Below, piece after piece: positions 39,300 to 50,994 of a DNA stretch of 64,000 bases (its first letter is position 1; each line of letters begins with the position of its first letter). This DNA comes from a virus (lineage: Duplodnaviria; Heunggongvirae; Uroviricota; Caudoviricetes). Made by a program: the position numbers and the translations under genes. The stretch lies in IMG/VR virus record IMGVR_UViG_2541047857_000014; one strand, 5' to 3'. The notes beneath the pieces were generated by a model, which was not told where the DNA came from, made no database searches, and saw only the letters and a list, made by a program, of their open reading frames with translations.

Positions 39300-41312
39300 A
39301 TCAGCTCGCATCCTGCACAGTTCAGCGCATTACGTTGTAGATCTGTGTTCTGGTCATTTGTTGACACACGTACATAGCCAATAAGCATGGTAGATCTCCC
39401 TGACAAAAGCAGGAATGATGCCATTTGCTCGTTATTTCTGCATTTTCATAAACGTTGGTTTGGGAGAAGCGGCTACACTGCATGTGGGCAACCGTGATCA
39501 ACAAATCTCTGATATACCTTCCACGAGGTTGCCGGGTGGCAATGGAAATTTTGTGATTCGTCAACCTGACGGGCTACTCGTACAGATTGATCCGACAAAT
39601 AAAAGCCCTCATTTGGGGATTGATGTTATTACTGACTATGATGATGGCATCGGAGTTGATAAAAGGTCTGCTGTTGCGTCAGCAACATTGCCATCTGTAG
39701 GTACTTTTAATGTGGTGCGAGTTATCCTCCCGGTAACAACAAGAGGTTCTGGTGCTAAATCCAGCAATACAGTAGGTTTATGAGCGACCACTGTTAGCAC
39801 TACTGTCGGTGTCAGTGGTGATAAGTCCATTTCGGGTAAAGTCGCCATTCCACTCGACGATACCTTTCCATGCAATACTAGCTTCACAGATATCGTGATT
39901 GCAGGATAATAGTTAAAGCAGTATTAAATTCAGCCGTTATTACAAGTTTGGATGGGCAAGTAATCGTTCAAAACTATGAGGGTGAAGGACCGGTTTCTGT
40001 TTCCGTTATAGAAAATTATATTGACGTATGTGTGGATATTCTGGGTTATCCCCCACTGGGTGCAGAAATTAGAGCTAACGCTGGTGGTCGGCTCTTATGG
40101 TTTGATTACCTACCCTCATGAAAAGATGTGCAAGTGTTGCCCGCTGAAATCAAATATAACACTGAAACGTGAGAAGTAAATACAAACACCAAACCGGGTC
40201 ATTGGCCTGGCAATGCTACCACTAGTGGTCTGATAAGCCCAGAACAGAAATAAGATGATTAGTAACGGGATAACCTTAATGCGGTAGAACTTAGCGCTGC
40301 ATCCGGTGCGCCAGAAACACAATGTCAGACACCTCCTGAAGCTGAAACCGCATGAAACGCGGCGCTGTAGCTGTAATTATTGGCGGCACCGCGTCTGATG
40401 CAGGCAGCAAAGACCTAAGCCAGCGCTTTTCTGCCTTCATTAGCCGCGGTGAGGCCTGCAAATACCAGTGAAGCACCGGGATTGATGCGATCGGAACATC
40501 AATAAGTGTCGGCCGTTCTACTTCTGCCGCACCGGATGTAGCGACATGTTCTAGCGCGGCCTGGGTCTCCCACCTCGCACTATACCACTTCACTTCCTGG
40601 CTTATCGGAGGACCAGTAGTAGCTTTGTCGGGCTAATCATGCGTTGCTGTGTTGTTTTTTACTTCTGAAATTTCGGAGTTTTATTCGATTTCAGCGGGCT
40701 ACACCGGCACATCTTCCCAAGAATTTGGGGACTCAGTACAACCTAGAGCACAACCACTGTTATGGACACTTGGTTTATCTACTGAAGGATAAGCAAGAAA
40801 ATGCTCATATGTTGCTATGGTTATATTAATAGTAGAATCATAAAGCCTACCCGCATCATCATAGTCTGAAACGGTTACATCCAGATAATAACTATTAACT
40901 CCGCGACAATTGAATATTGATTTCACTATTACCGTCCACTGACGAACGATGAAAATGCGATATCTCGTGGAAAGGTATCAATGGGTGGTTCGTCCACTTT
41001 AAACACCATCGTCTGGTCACTACCGATGCCGACGGAAGAGCAAATCCTGGTTGCTTCAGACCCTGTTGTATTAGTAAATTTAGCACCATAGCCTCTCGTT
41101 GATCCCGAGGTGATAGCTCGCAGCACCTTATTAGTAAATACAGTTGGCTCTTTTGCTGTCGGCACATAACGCTTTTAAGCACCGGCGAGCGCATAAGCCT
41201 AACCACTCATTACATTCACCCGCACAGCACCCATTTTATTTGCAGTAAACACCTGTGCCAGTAGCGGGTATTGTTCACGAGACACAGCCGCTCCATTGCC
41301 ATCCGGAACCGC
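39300..41312. pseudogene. degraded tail-fibre / fibre-assembly region of second prophage (only short broken ORFs)
   Basis: Intact tail-fibre N-terminus stops at 41313; next 2 kb has no ORF above 122 aa despite lying where fibre genes are expected. Confidence 0.4.
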
Positions 41313-41672
41313 TCAGAACGATGTGTCTGAAAGTCGTGGAACCGGCTCACCAACAGGTAATGCAGAGCCTTCTCCCAAACCAAGGTTTTCGAGAGCCGTT
41401 TTCACCGTGCCGTCCGATTTGATATCGCTAAACGGATTCTTGCGGCTTAACAGCAGCGCACGAAGCGCGGTAAGCAGCTGGTCGTGCCGCGCCTTCTCCA
41501 GACTGGCACCGGATGCCTCCACCACGCTGCAGAGTTCTTCCTGCAACATGTCAAAGTAGTCATCATCCAGATCGGTGGCAGGCGTGCCTGTCTGGGGGTT
41601 ACCACGGGTAAAACCGTTCTTACCCGCGCCGAACTTATCCTTCTGCGCGGTTTTCGTGTCTATACGATGCAT
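41313..41672 (-). CDS. tail-fibre protein, N-terminal fragment only (truncated)
   Basis: 119 aa; C-terminal [16 protein letters not shown] parallels a gpH segment in prophage 1; ORF ends where fibre shaft should begin. Confidence 0.55.
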   Translation of the reverse strand: MHRIDTKTAQKDKFGAGKNGFTRGNPQTGTPATDLDDDYFDMLQEELCSVVEASGASLEKARHDQLLTALRALLLSRKNPFSDIKSDGTVKTALENLGLGEGSALPVGEPVPRLSDTSF

Positions 41673-41675
41673 GGA

Positions 41676-42260
41676 TTACTCCGGATATTTAAAAATTACG
41701 TAGGTATGCGAAGGGCAGAGTTTGTTAAGCACACATTCGACGACGGTGTCGCCCCAGATACGCAGCGCGGAATCACAGGGATCGCCACATGTCATCCAGG
41801 TGCTGTTGGTGGCGGCTGGCATGTTGACCTGCCAGTAATACCGCCATTCCGGCGCATTCACCGCGTCAGTACAGGCCGATGAGCAGGTGAACGTGCTTTT
41901 GTCGTATCGCGTGATGGTGGCGTCTGGTCTGCCCAGGGCAGCAAGCTGTGCAAGGTAAAAATCCTCATTGATGCCGCCCGCCAGGTTAACCTTCGCATCC
42001 AGTCGTTGCTGACGCTGGCGAAGGGTCTGTGTTCCTGCGGGAATACATTCATCCGGCAGGCCGCACAGACGCTCCCAGCGATTTATCAGTTCGGTGGTGG
42101 TGCGCGGATCCAGCTCCCGCATCAGGGCATCCGCACGCTGATGAACGCGGGTTAATGACTGTGCCGCACCGGCAATCGCCGGATCGCTGGCTGACCACGC
42201 CGGACCGGGCGGCAGCAGTGCCGACAACAGACGGATGTAATCATCGTTTGTCACGCCCAT
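41676..42260 (-). CDS. Mu gp48-like tail/baseplate protein
   Basis: 194-aa ORF in baseplate cluster. Confidence 0.65.
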   Translation of the reverse strand: MGVTNDDYIRLLSALLPPGPAWSASDPAIAGAAQSLTRVHQRADALMRELDPRTTTELINRWERLCGLPDECIPAGTQTLRQRQQRLDAKVNLAGGINEDFYLAQLAALGRPDATITRYDKSTFTCSSACTDAVNAPEWRYYWQVNMPAATNSTWMTCGDPCDSALRIWGDTVVECVLNKLCPSHTYVIFKYPE

Positions 42261-43309
42261 GAAATCGTCCCCAGAACCGCCAGTTCATTTTTTGCAATGG
42301 AGATATTTTCCGCCGGTGCAAGCAATTGATGGCTGTATTCCCCGTTCGCACCGGAAATCGCTTCACTGATACGCGACACCTTCAGTTCTCCCTGCGGATA
42401 ACCATCACGCAGCAGGAACGAACGCAACTCCGCGGTGATGGCAGCCCGTATTTCCGGTGTATCCGGCGTCACACGGATATGAAAATCCACCGTATGCGCC
42501 ACCGGCCTGAACACATACAAATCAGAGCCTGCCACCGGGGCCAGTGGCCCGATATGTTGTCTTGCCGCCGTTTCCGTTGATTCTTCCGGAATGGGATTAA
42601 TCAGGTCACTGCTGGCAATCATCACACCGACAGTCCCCGTTCCCATCCAGTGACGGTATGCCCATGCGCGGGTAATGCCGGGCAATTCTTTAGCCCAGAC
42701 AACATAGTCCCCGTCAGCCCCGCCCTGAGGCGTCCAGTAATACCGCTCAATGACGCGGGCGCGCCACGTTTCCAGCTCTTCAGTATCAAATCCACCTGTC
42801 AGAGTGTCTGCCACGCCGGAAGACGGCAGACCATTAACCGGCGTGACCAGGATTAATGACGTACCGTCGTCAGCGTTACCGACCGCGCCTGCACTTGAGC
42901 AGGCGATCGGCACGCGCAGGACACCACCGGCGCTGGTTGCATCGGCAGTTGCCGTGTACTGAATCAGGTCATCGCGCTGAATAACACTCCCGGCGGTCAC
43001 CTTCAGGCCATCGCTGACGCCTTCCCAGCGCATATACCCGCTGGCAGTCGTGGCCCCCTTGCGCGGACACCGTTTCATCGCAGCATGTCGCGCCAGCCAG
43101 GACTCATCGCACAGGTCAGGCAGCATGTTCATTGCCAGATAATCGATGTACCCGTAAACCGTATGCAGCGCCGCCGCATACACCTTTGCCCGCACGTCTT
43201 CATCCATGCGCCGGAGCGTGTCGCTGACGTCCAGCCTGGCGAATAAATCGTTACGGAGCATACTGATATTTTCTGCCAGCGTCGGGCGCTGAAATTCACT
43301 GTCCGCCAT
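42251..43309 (-). CDS. baseplate J-like protein (Mu gp47-like)
   Basis: 352-aa ORF. Confidence 0.7.
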   Translation of the reverse strand: MADSEFQRPTLAENISMLRNDLFARLDVSDTLRRMDEDVRAKVYAAALHTVYGYIDYLAMNMLPDLCDESWLARHAAMKRCPRKGATTASGYMRWEGVSDGLKVTAGSVIQRDDLIQYTATADATSAGGVLRVPIACSSAGAVGNADDGTSLILVTPVNGLPSSGVADTLTGGFDTEELETWRARVIERYYWTPQGGADGDYVVWAKELPGITRAWAYRHWMGTGTVGVMIASSDLINPIPEESTETAARQHIGPLAPVAGSDLYVFRPVAHTVDFHIRVTPDTPEIRAAITAELRSFLLRDGYPQGELKVSRISEAISGANGEYSHQLLAPAENISIAKNELAVLGTISWA

Positions 43310-43724
43310 GCGTTATCGCACTCCACAGATCATCTAAAGAAATCATTACCGGTCCGTCACGACGCCAGAGAGTGATACTGTTACCCAGTTCATTAATCCC
43401 GGTGCGGAGGATATCCAGATCAATACGGGACACCACGCCGTCATCAATCATCCATTGCAGGCATTCGCGGATATACCCCCTTACCGTCTGCACCAGCTGA
43501 TTGGTCAGTTTGCTGCGCTGAAGCAGCCACAGTCGGGAGCCGTAACGGTCATTCTGTACCGCAGGCCAGGTATCCCCCCACCATCCCATCGGGACGTCGG
43601 CGTTGTCATCAGGCTCCGCCCGCCGCCAGGTAAACAGGGAAATCACCACGGCGCGGGTCAGCGGATCCAGCGGTGCGCTGGCGCAGGTGCGTTTACCGTT
43701 CACCGTCAGCCACAGTTCCATCAT
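43296..43724 (-). CDS. Mu gp46-like baseplate protein
   Basis: 142-aa ORF. Confidence 0.65.
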   Translation of the reverse strand: MMELWLTVNGKRTCASAPLDPLTRAVVISLFTWRRAEPDDNADVPMGWWGDTWPAVQNDRYGSRLWLLQRSKLTNQLVQTVRGYIRECLQWMIDDGVVSRIDLDILRTGINELGNSITLWRRDGPVMISLDDLWSAITHGGQ

Positions 43725-44269
43725 GCCTCCATCGCTTTATCAGGTTTGTCGGTGTTACTGCCCTGACCGTTCTCTCTGTGACGATGCCCGTTATAGGCAA
43801 GCCGCATCGCTGACATGGTGGTGCCGCTGGAGTCGCACAGGTCTTTCACCTGTCCTGTCACTTCCAGGTCCATTTCAAAACGTGCTTCAGGTGCATTGCG
43901 AAACGTGATCGTTTTACCTGCACCGTCCACCACGATCCCCTCCCGGGTCAGCGTCACAGACTGCCCCTGATCGTCATAGACCGCCACCTCACCCGTCTGC
44001 AGCCCTTTCAGGCGGTAGCGCCGGTCCGACACCGTAACAACCACCGCATGAGAACGGTCACCATCCGGAAACAACACCACCGCTTCCGCACCGCTGTTTG
44101 CCCTTGCGGTAAAACCGTAGGGTTCAAGATGTTCAACCCCGGCTTTGGGTTCACCGGCAATCAGGGACACATCCACGGTCTGACATTTCGTGGCGGCACT
44201 GATGCTTTTCACCACTGCCCGCCCAATCAGGCCGAGGAGTTGTCGCTGCATGGCTTCAATCGTACTCAT
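43721..44269 (-). CDS. baseplate assembly protein V-like (Mu gp45-like)
   Basis: 182-aa ORF. Confidence 0.65.
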   Translation of the reverse strand: MSTIEAMQRQLLGLIGRAVVKSISAATKCQTVDVSLIAGEPKAGVEHLEPYGFTARANSGAEAVVLFPDGDRSHAVVVTVSDRRYRLKGLQTGEVAVYDDQGQSVTLTREGIVVDGAGKTITFRNAPEARFEMDLEVTGQVKDLCDSSGTTMSAMRLAYNGHRHRENGQGSNTDKPDKAMEA

Positions 44270-45348
44270 CAGAACGGGTCCTCCTGTACTCTGGCTTTTT
44301 TCTTTTTCCGCGCGCCGGGGGCTTCGGGTTCAGGCAGATAAGCATCAGGTGGGCCGACACGGATTTCCGTCAGGGTGCCGTTCTGGTCCTGAGTAAACGT
44401 GACTTCCGAGACAAGCAGTTCGGTATTGTCGAAACCACAGACCGGATCGAAGACAATCACCCGCTGGTTGGGCTGCCACAGCGTACCGTTACCCTGTCGC
44501 CAGCCCTGCACCACATAGGTGGTTTCATCCGTCCGCGCCGCCCGTTGTCGGGCTTCAAAGTCAGCACGCGCAATACAGCCTGCCCCCGTAGCCTGCCCTG
44601 TCTGCCTGATATACATCGGACGGTAACGGGCAATAAATGCGTCCTCTGTGCGGGCCCGCAGCGCGCTGGTGGTGGCCTCACCGAAATCATCGTCGTTTCC
44701 AGCACGCTGCCCCGCCACCTGGTAAACAGAAAACCGCTCCCGGATACTCTTCTCCGTATCGCAGGAAAGGATGTTTTCCCCGAGTACCAGCGCAGTATGT
44801 GCCCGCGTTGAGCCAATACCGCCAATCACCAGCCTGCCGTGTGGGTCGTCGTAAGCCAGTGCCTGCTGCTGACCGAGTATTTTGTTGATTACCTCAATCA
44901 CCGTTTCACCGTGATCGGGCTGGACGTCAGGAATAACACCCGACGGCGCACCGTTGTTCACCACCTCAATGCCGAAAGGCGCAGCAAGCGCCTGCGCAAT
45001 CTGTACCAGCGATCGTCCGTTAAACTGTGTCGGTTCGGCTGCACAGTCAATCAGGTCAGCGGTCAGACTGCGTCCGGCAATACCGGTGCTGACCGAACGG
45101 GCATCGTAACGAACGGGCGTCGCCTCCACCCAGCCGGTGATCACCAGCTCATCACCAATCAGCACCTCCACTTTTGAACCGTTTTTAATGCGCGGCTGAA
45201 GCGTGGTGATACCCTCATCACCCGGCCACTGGCGGGTGATCTCCACACTGAAATCCCGCGCCAGCCGTTCAATACCGGCACCGATGCGCACCGATGTCCA
45301 GCCATTCCACTCCCGGCCATTTACCCGTAGCGTGACGTTATCGTTCAT
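44269..45348 (-). CDS. tail/baseplate hub protein (Mu gp44-like)
   Basis: 359-aa ORF. Confidence 0.65.
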   Translation of the reverse strand: MNDNVTLRVNGREWNGWTSVRIGAGIERLARDFSVEITRQWPGDEGITTLQPRIKNGSKVEVLIGDELVITGWVEATPVRYDARSVSTGIAGRSLTADLIDCAAEPTQFNGRSLVQIAQALAAPFGIEVVNNGAPSGVIPDVQPDHGETVIEVINKILGQQQALAYDDPHGRLVIGGIGSTRAHTALVLGENILSCDTEKSIRERFSVYQVAGQRAGNDDDFGEATTSALRARTEDAFIARYRPMYIRQTGQATGAGCIARADFEARQRAARTDETTYVVQGWRQGNGTLWQPNQRVIVFDPVCGFDNTELLVSEVTFTQDQNGTLTEIRVGPPDAYLPEPEAPGARKKKKARVQEDPF

Positions 45349-46673
45349 TGCACTGGCACCTTCAGAGGGATCACCGGCACAAAGCCGGGATGCGTAATGG
45401 CATTACGCCGGATAATGTCCGCGTCACGCGCCGCGTTATCAAACCAGGTCGCCGCCAGCACCAGCGCGGGTAAAACCTCATCCGGTGTGCGCTGAATGAT
45501 CCGTGCAGACTGTTCAAGGCGCGTGTTGATATCCGCATTCAGATCTGCTTTCACCCGGCGCAGCGCCAGAAACAGCACATCACTGGTTGTACGGGACAAC
45601 TCCTTATCAATTGCCGTATTCAGTGTGTCGCGAATGTCGGTCAGTTCTTCCCACGTTGGCAGGTCAACCGTGTTTTTCACCGCCGGTGCATTGTTCAGTG
45701 CCGGATGCGTGACAGAAGGCCAGCCGGTGCTCTGCGCGGGTGTTGTTGACTGCCCCACTGTGGCATTCTGCATCACCGCGGAAGTTGTGGGCGCAGGCAA
45801 TCGTGTGACGGCATACGCCGCTTCGCTGATTGCGGTCGTACGAAGGGTGCTGGCAACCACGTTACGCTGCTGCGTCGCCGTGGCGGTGGTTTTACTGTCC
45901 GTTTTCCAGACGCCGCGCGGTTGCAGATCGCTGCCGAGGCTGACACCGGAAAGCGTTTTGATCATGGTGACCAGGTCGCTGGCGTTACCATAAAGGCGTT
46001 TCCCGGTACGCCACATTTTCTGCACCTGCTCAACGAAATTTTTGCCTGACGATGGCGGCGGCAGAAGTACCGAGATATCCCCCTGCAACAGCCTGGCGGC
46101 ATCCGATACGGCAGAATCCACCACTTTCATCGCATCAGAAACATACCCAAGCATTGTGCTGGCATTACCGACGACGTCGTTCTGCACAAAATCTGCCACG
46201 CCATCGATACTGAAACCACTGAAGCTGTCACTGATGCAGTCATCCAGTGCAGAACAGGATGACATCAGCGTCTGCGCCGTCGCCGCACCTGAAGTGGGGT
46301 AAGAGAGTTCTCCCGCTTCGACAAACTTCAGGTCAAAGCGGACAATACGCCCTTCACTCTTCGATGTGCTGACCCGAACTTCCCCGTCAACACAGACTTT
46401 CAGCTCACCGTAAGTCGGATGGACAAGCGTGCCGGGACCGGGTTTATTCAGCGCGTCAATCAGGCGATCGCGCTGGTCAAAGCAGTCATCTCCCACCACA
46501 TAAGCTGTGATGGACGGGCGGAAAGTGATTTTCCCCAGGTCTTCGGTATAGGGTTTGTCGCGGTTCGGGTATTCGTGCGTTTCCACACGACGACCGGTTC
46601 CCGCACTTTCTTCTTCAACCTTAAACGGCACACCGCGAAATGACGCGTCCTGAAGTCTGTCTTTCCACGTCAT
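45345..46673 (-). CDS. DNA circulation protein-like tail protein (Mu N/gp43-like)
   Basis: 442 aa from MTWKDRLQ with GGAG SD. Confidence 0.65.
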   Translation of the reverse strand: MTWKDRLQDASFRGVPFKVEEESAGTGRRVETHEYPNRDKPYTEDLGKITFRPSITAYVVGDDCFDQRDRLIDALNKPGPGTLVHPTYGELKVCVDGEVRVSTSKSEGRIVRFDLKFVEAGELSYPTSGAATAQTLMSSCSALDDCISDSFSGFSIDGVADFVQNDVVGNASTMLGYVSDAMKVVDSAVSDAARLLQGDISVLLPPPSSGKNFVEQVQKMWRTGKRLYGNASDLVTMIKTLSGVSLGSDLQPRGVWKTDSKTTATATQQRNVVASTLRTTAISEAAYAVTRLPAPTTSAVMQNATVGQSTTPAQSTGWPSVTHPALNNAPAVKNTVDLPTWEELTDIRDTLNTAIDKELSRTTSDVLFLALRRVKADLNADINTRLEQSARIIQRTPDEVLPALVLAATWFDNAARDADIIRRNAITHPGFVPVIPLKVPVQ

Positions 46674-46733
46674 ATAAACTCCGTACATAAAAAATCCCAC
46701 CGGAGTGGGACTCATTAACAGATTAATTTTTCA

Positions 46734-48569
46734 TTACCTGCCAAAGCGCGTATAGCCAACATCATGGCTGACATCAAAACCGCTGGATCGCGTTTCCATA
46801 ACCCGCATACCCGGAGGTGAATTCACAAAAGAGACCTTGATCTCACCATCAACTTTTGGCGCAGAAGCTTTGTTAATCATGAAGGGATTCGGGCCTGTGG
46901 CACCGGAGGCGTTGTTTGACTGAGCCGGATCCACCGCCTGATAAGGTGTGTATCCCCGTGCCGGTATTCCCGTCCCATAAGCATCATAAGCACCCGCGCC
47001 CCACTGCGCAGAGTTAATGGCATCGACCGTGTCACCGGAACTGTCGGTAAACCACTCAATAATTGGCTTCAGCTTGTCCCACATATCCTGAAACCACTTA
47101 ACAACCGGTCCCCAGTTATTGATTACCATCCCCAGCGGCGACCAGGCAAAAACCTTCTTCAGAAGTTCCCGGCCAGCCTCAAAATAAGGACCAATGGTTT
47201 CCCAGAGCTTCTTGAAATAAGGTCCGACAACATCCCAGTTAGTGATAATTAATCCCGCAGCCAGGGCTATCGCCGTCGCAATCATGCCAATCGGCGTCAT
47301 CGACATGATCCTGCTGACAATACTGATGGCACCGCCAACGCCCATCAATCCCAGTTTCAGAATCGCAAGACCGGCAGCAAGCCCGACGACGCCGCGAATA
47401 ACCCGGGGATTTTCATCCGCAAACTTCGTGAATTTCTCCCCCAACTCCCCCAGCCATTGCGTGATATTTTTAGCGTCACCAGAAAATGCGCCGCCAATAG
47501 CCGCAAGGCCGTTAGTTGCGGTCCCTGTCATTGCCTCCCACAGGTTGGACAGCGTACCAAGCTGTGCCTGAACACGTTTATTCAGACTGGCCTGTTTATT
47601 CATCTTCTGCTGGATCTGGTCGTAGCCATCCTTTCCTTTATCGATTAGTGCATTGACCACCTGAAGGGTTTCGGCATCATCACCAAATATTGCCTTAAGT
47701 ACACCAGTTCGCTTAACGTCGGTCAGTTTTCGCAGCTTTGCCAGTTGCCTGAACATGTTATCAAGACCGCCAAAACTCCCTTTGCCGTCAGTAAAATCGA
47801 GCTGTACCCCGAGTTTCTGGCGGGCCATGACTTTATTGACGTCCCTGATTTTCTTAACGCTTAATCCGGACTGGATAACTTTTCGCAGGGCGTTACCTGC
47901 CGACTCCCCGTTCATCCCCATCTGATCCATCATGACGCTGATGGGGGCAAGGCTCTGTGCAGCCTGAAGACCGTCCTTGTTCACCATCTTCAGAACAGAG
48001 CTGGTTTTAGTGAAGAAGGACAACATGTTGGTATCGTCAACGCCCAGATAAAACGCCTTCTGGATAGTGTCGAACAGCCCCATCATGTCTTCTGACGCCG
48101 TTCCGGTAGCATCCTGCATCTTTGCGGCAAACTCGGCAGCCGCTTCCGGTGTTTTTTTCAGTTGTACCGCAAGATAAGCTGTCGCTTTACCCACACCGCC
48201 AAGAATGTTTTCTGCCGGGATCCCCTGACGCACCAGCATCTGCATCATGTTCTGGAAATCAGCCGTTGTACCGGGTAGCTGGTTACCCAGACCAATAGCC
48301 AGTTTATTGATGTCCTGAAAGCGCTTTCCGACCTCACCGTTCGCATCCATCATGGCAACTTTCAGCCCGGTGGCGGCGTTTTCCTGATCGGCATAAGATT
48401 TCAGGGAAAGCGTCAGACCCGCAGCCAGTCCGCCACCAAGCGCCAGCCCACCCTGTGACGCTTCTTCCGCCTGGCGTTTAAATCCCCGGATTTTCTTTTG
48501 CATTTTCGACAGCGCGGGAGAAAGCCTGTCGACACCGGTGATCAACGCCTTAAGCTCAAATTCAGCCAT
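46734..48569 (-). CDS. tail tape measure protein
   Basis: 611-aa ORF with TM-like Gly/Ala-rich C-terminal region. Confidence 0.8.
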   Translation of the reverse strand: MAEFELKALITGVDRLSPALSKMQKKIRGFKRQAEEASQGGLALGGGLAAGLTLSLKSYADQENAATGLKVAMMDANGEVGKRFQDINKLAIGLGNQLPGTTADFQNMMQMLVRQGIPAENILGGVGKATAYLAVQLKKTPEAAAEFAAKMQDATGTASEDMMGLFDTIQKAFYLGVDDTNMLSFFTKTSSVLKMVNKDGLQAAQSLAPISVMMDQMGMNGESAGNALRKVIQSGLSVKKIRDVNKVMARQKLGVQLDFTDGKGSFGGLDNMFRQLAKLRKLTDVKRTGVLKAIFGDDAETLQVVNALIDKGKDGYDQIQQKMNKQASLNKRVQAQLGTLSNLWEAMTGTATNGLAAIGGAFSGDAKNITQWLGELGEKFTKFADENPRVIRGVVGLAAGLAILKLGLMGVGGAISIVSRIMSMTPIGMIATAIALAAGLIITNWDVVGPYFKKLWETIGPYFEAGRELLKKVFAWSPLGMVINNWGPVVKWFQDMWDKLKPIIEWFTDSSGDTVDAINSAQWGAGAYDAYGTGIPARGYTPYQAVDPAQSNNASGATGPNPFMINKASAPKVDGEIKVSFVNSPPGMRVMETRSSGFDVSHDVGYTRFGR

Positions 48570-48710
48570 GTGTGCGTTTCTCCTGCTCTATCCTGTTTGC
48601 CTGACTGACCAGCAAGGGAATTTCACTGATCGGCATATTCAGCAATTCGAAGGGATTAATGCGCCAGTAGCTGGCGCAGTCAAAGAAGCGATCAGTGAGG
48701 TATTCAGCCG

Positions 48711-48980
48711 TCAGGCCTGGAGGAAAAAACCAGCCACAAGCCACGCCGCAGCATTCAGGTCTGCCGGAGACATCTGGTCGACAGAGTTTTGCGGCACTTT
48801 CGCCAGCCGCACAATGTATTTCGATACCACATGCGCCAGAAGTCTGACGGACTCATCCTGATTCATCTGGTAGGGATACCCCAGCTCGCGGACATCTTTC
48901 CCGGTGGGCTCATCAAACTCCAGTACGGAGAGTGTCTCGCCATGAGCGGTAATCGGTTTCTTTAACTCAAGCTCTTTCAT
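48711..48980 (-). CDS. tail assembly chaperone
   Basis: 89-aa ORF between tube and tape measure; overlapping 60-aa ORF 48562-48744 may be a frameshift extension. Confidence 0.55.
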   Translation of the reverse strand: MKELELKKPITAHGETLSVLEFDEPTGKDVRELGYPYQMNQDESVRLLAHVVSKYIVRLAKVPQNSVDQMSPADLNAAAWLVAGFFLQA

Positions 48981-49336
48981 TACTGGTAATCCCCTTCTTC
49001 ACCGTGGAACTCAAGATCAACCGTCCCTTCTTCGGCATTATGGTTCGCTTCGCCGTGCAGCCAGGCAGACGACAGTACATAGACCTGACCGTTCGCCAGC
49101 TCGGCAGTGATGGTCATCTCATCAGACGAGGTGATTTTGCTCACCGGAAAATTCTTCGGCACCTTGAAGGTCCCTTTAACATAAGGCGCACGGTGAGTTT
49201 CCTTGCGGTCCACTGAACCGTCCAGGCCGATGATGTCATCATTGACCGTCCTGTTCATGGGCACCTCAATGCCGCCGGTCAGCGATAGCTGCTGACCGTC
49301 AATTTTGAAATAACAGGTTCCCCCGATACGGGCCAT
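48980..49336 (-). CDS. tail tube protein
   Basis: 118-aa ORF after sheath. Confidence 0.75.
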   Translation of the reverse strand: MARIGGTCYFKIDGQQLSLTGGIEVPMNRTVNDDIIGLDGSVDRKETHRAPYVKGTFKVPKNFPVSKITSSDEMTITAELANGQVYVLSSAWLHGEANHNAEEGTVDLEFHGEEGDYQ

Positions 49337-50832
49337 TATGCGGACTCCTCTGAATACTGAAGACGGAACTGGTTAACCACGGCAAAGACACGCAACTGGT
49401 TAACATAGTCAGGCGGGAACAGCGTGTTCAGGCGGTTCGGATCGCTGGCATCACGCTCCACAACCAGGTACTGCTTAAAAAGTTCGTAGTTTTCCACGAT
49501 CCCCGCACGCTCAAGCTGACGGTAGGTTGCCAGCAGTTCCCCTTTGATCACCGCCGGGGTGACAATCGCCTGACCGGGACCAAAGCGGGTACCGTCGCTG
49601 GCAAGCTTGTGACGCCCGTACTTACTGGTAATGACGGATTTCAGTTTGCGCAGTACATACGCACTGGTATGCAGCGTCTCGCTGTCGAGGTAGCTGTTAT
49701 CCGCAACCCCGTAAGCGTTTTTCCTGTACGTGGTGACATCACGCTGAATGCGCAGTACCCCGCTTTCGACATACGCCGTTGCCACGCCATGAGACAGCAG
49801 GGTCTTTTGTTCGGTCATCGTGAACCGTTTCCCCTTCGGCGCAGGCAGCATACCCACCAGCTCACCGGTCTGCGTGGGACGTGCCGGATCGTTGCGGATA
49901 AACACCGCTGCGCGGGCGGTACGGCTTGCCGCCAGCTCGTCGGCAGGCGTCTGGGTGTCTTTTTCGTACCCCGCCAGGGTAATGTGCTGCTGGTTAAACT
50001 GGTCACCTGCGGTCACCAGTTCTGACAGCGTGCCGGTCTTTGCCGTATACACATGACCATACAGCTGACGCGCATAGCTCCAGCGACCGCTGGTATCGTT
50101 CATCTCGGTCACCAGCGTGTTAACGGAGGCCGTGTCGTTGAACGGCAGGCCGATATAATCAAACGGCTCATCCGCCATTGCAGCCACAGCGCCGGTGAGA
50201 ACCGGAGCACCCGTTCCGGCGGTACCCGTCACCACGGCAATCTGTACGCCCGCTGGCAGCACTTCGCCCCCACCAAAGCCGTAGTAATTGAGGCTGACAG
50301 GAATTTCATTCCCGCAAAGCCCCTTATGACGCGCGGTCAGTGTGACCACGCCTGCCGAAGATGAAGCCGTAAACGGCAGGGTCGGAACGGCATTGATGGC
50401 ATCCTGGATACTGCTGGCAATCATCGTAACGTTATCGCCGTTAGTCACCGGTACCTGCACGCGGGTACGTCCCACATACACATTCACCGTGCCGGTTTCG
50501 GTTGCCGCCCCGGTCACCGTCAGCGTAACCGTTGCCGCCGCGCCTGTGGATTCAGGAACGGCAATCACATACAGCTCGCCAAACGGGTCAGTCTGGCGAT
50601 AAGCCTCGACCATACGCGCCAGCTGACTTCCCGCACCACAAATCTGGCGTGCATAGTCTGCCGACGGCATCAGTACCAGACTGTTGGCAACAATCTCTGC
50701 ACCGTTATTGGCATGACCAATCAGCAGCGATGCTCCGCTGTCCTGTGCAGTATTCGCAGCCTGGTTATCCATTTCCGCATAAAACAGCGGAACCAGCGTA
50801 TTCGACGGAATGGTGTTAAAGCTTATCGTCAT
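49336..50832 (-). CDS. contractile tail sheath protein
   Basis: 498-aa ORF. Confidence 0.8.
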   Translation of the reverse strand: MTISFNTIPSNTLVPLFYAEMDNQAANTAQDSGASLLIGHANNGAEIVANSLVLMPSADYARQICGAGSQLARMVEAYRQTDPFGELYVIAVPESTGAAATVTLTVTGAATETGTVNVYVGRTRVQVPVTNGDNVTMIASSIQDAINAVPTLPFTASSSAGVVTLTARHKGLCGNEIPVSLNYYGFGGGEVLPAGVQIAVVTGTAGTGAPVLTGAVAAMADEPFDYIGLPFNDTASVNTLVTEMNDTSGRWSYARQLYGHVYTAKTGTLSELVTAGDQFNQQHITLAGYEKDTQTPADELAASRTARAAVFIRNDPARPTQTGELVGMLPAPKGKRFTMTEQKTLLSHGVATAYVESGVLRIQRDVTTYRKNAYGVADNSYLDSETLHTSAYVLRKLKSVITSKYGRHKLASDGTRFGPGQAIVTPAVIKGELLATYRQLERAGIVENYELFKQYLVVERDASDPNRLNTLFPPDYVNQLRVFAVVNQFRLQYSEESA

Positions 50833-50986
50833 CGGTGTTCACCTTTTTATTCACGCGCCGGATATCACCCGCTGCTTCACGGCGCAGCCAGTAGTTGTTC
50901 TCATCAACATTTCGCCCTTCGGCGGGCAAAAGGTCGCCGCGGGCAGGGTCAGGCACTGACCGCCCTTTAACAGGTTTCACAAACAT
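50817..50986 (-). CDS. small virion protein (Mu gp38-like), not in ORF track (56 aa)
   Basis: MFVKPVKGRSVPDPARGDLLPAEGRNV... with GAGGA SD; fills gap between sheath and upstream gene. Confidence 0.45.
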
Positions 50987-50994
50987 GATGATCC

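Noticed and set aside
39415-39783. 122-aa plus-strand ORF in the tail-fibre scar region
   Set aside because: No SD, overlaps an equally long antisense ORF, and lies in a region of broken reading frames; probably a fragment, not a gene.
48562-48744. 60-aa ORF called as an independent gene
   Set aside because: It overlaps the tape measure start and the chaperone end; more likely the frameshift extension of the tail chaperone than a separate gene, and no slippery site was confirmed.
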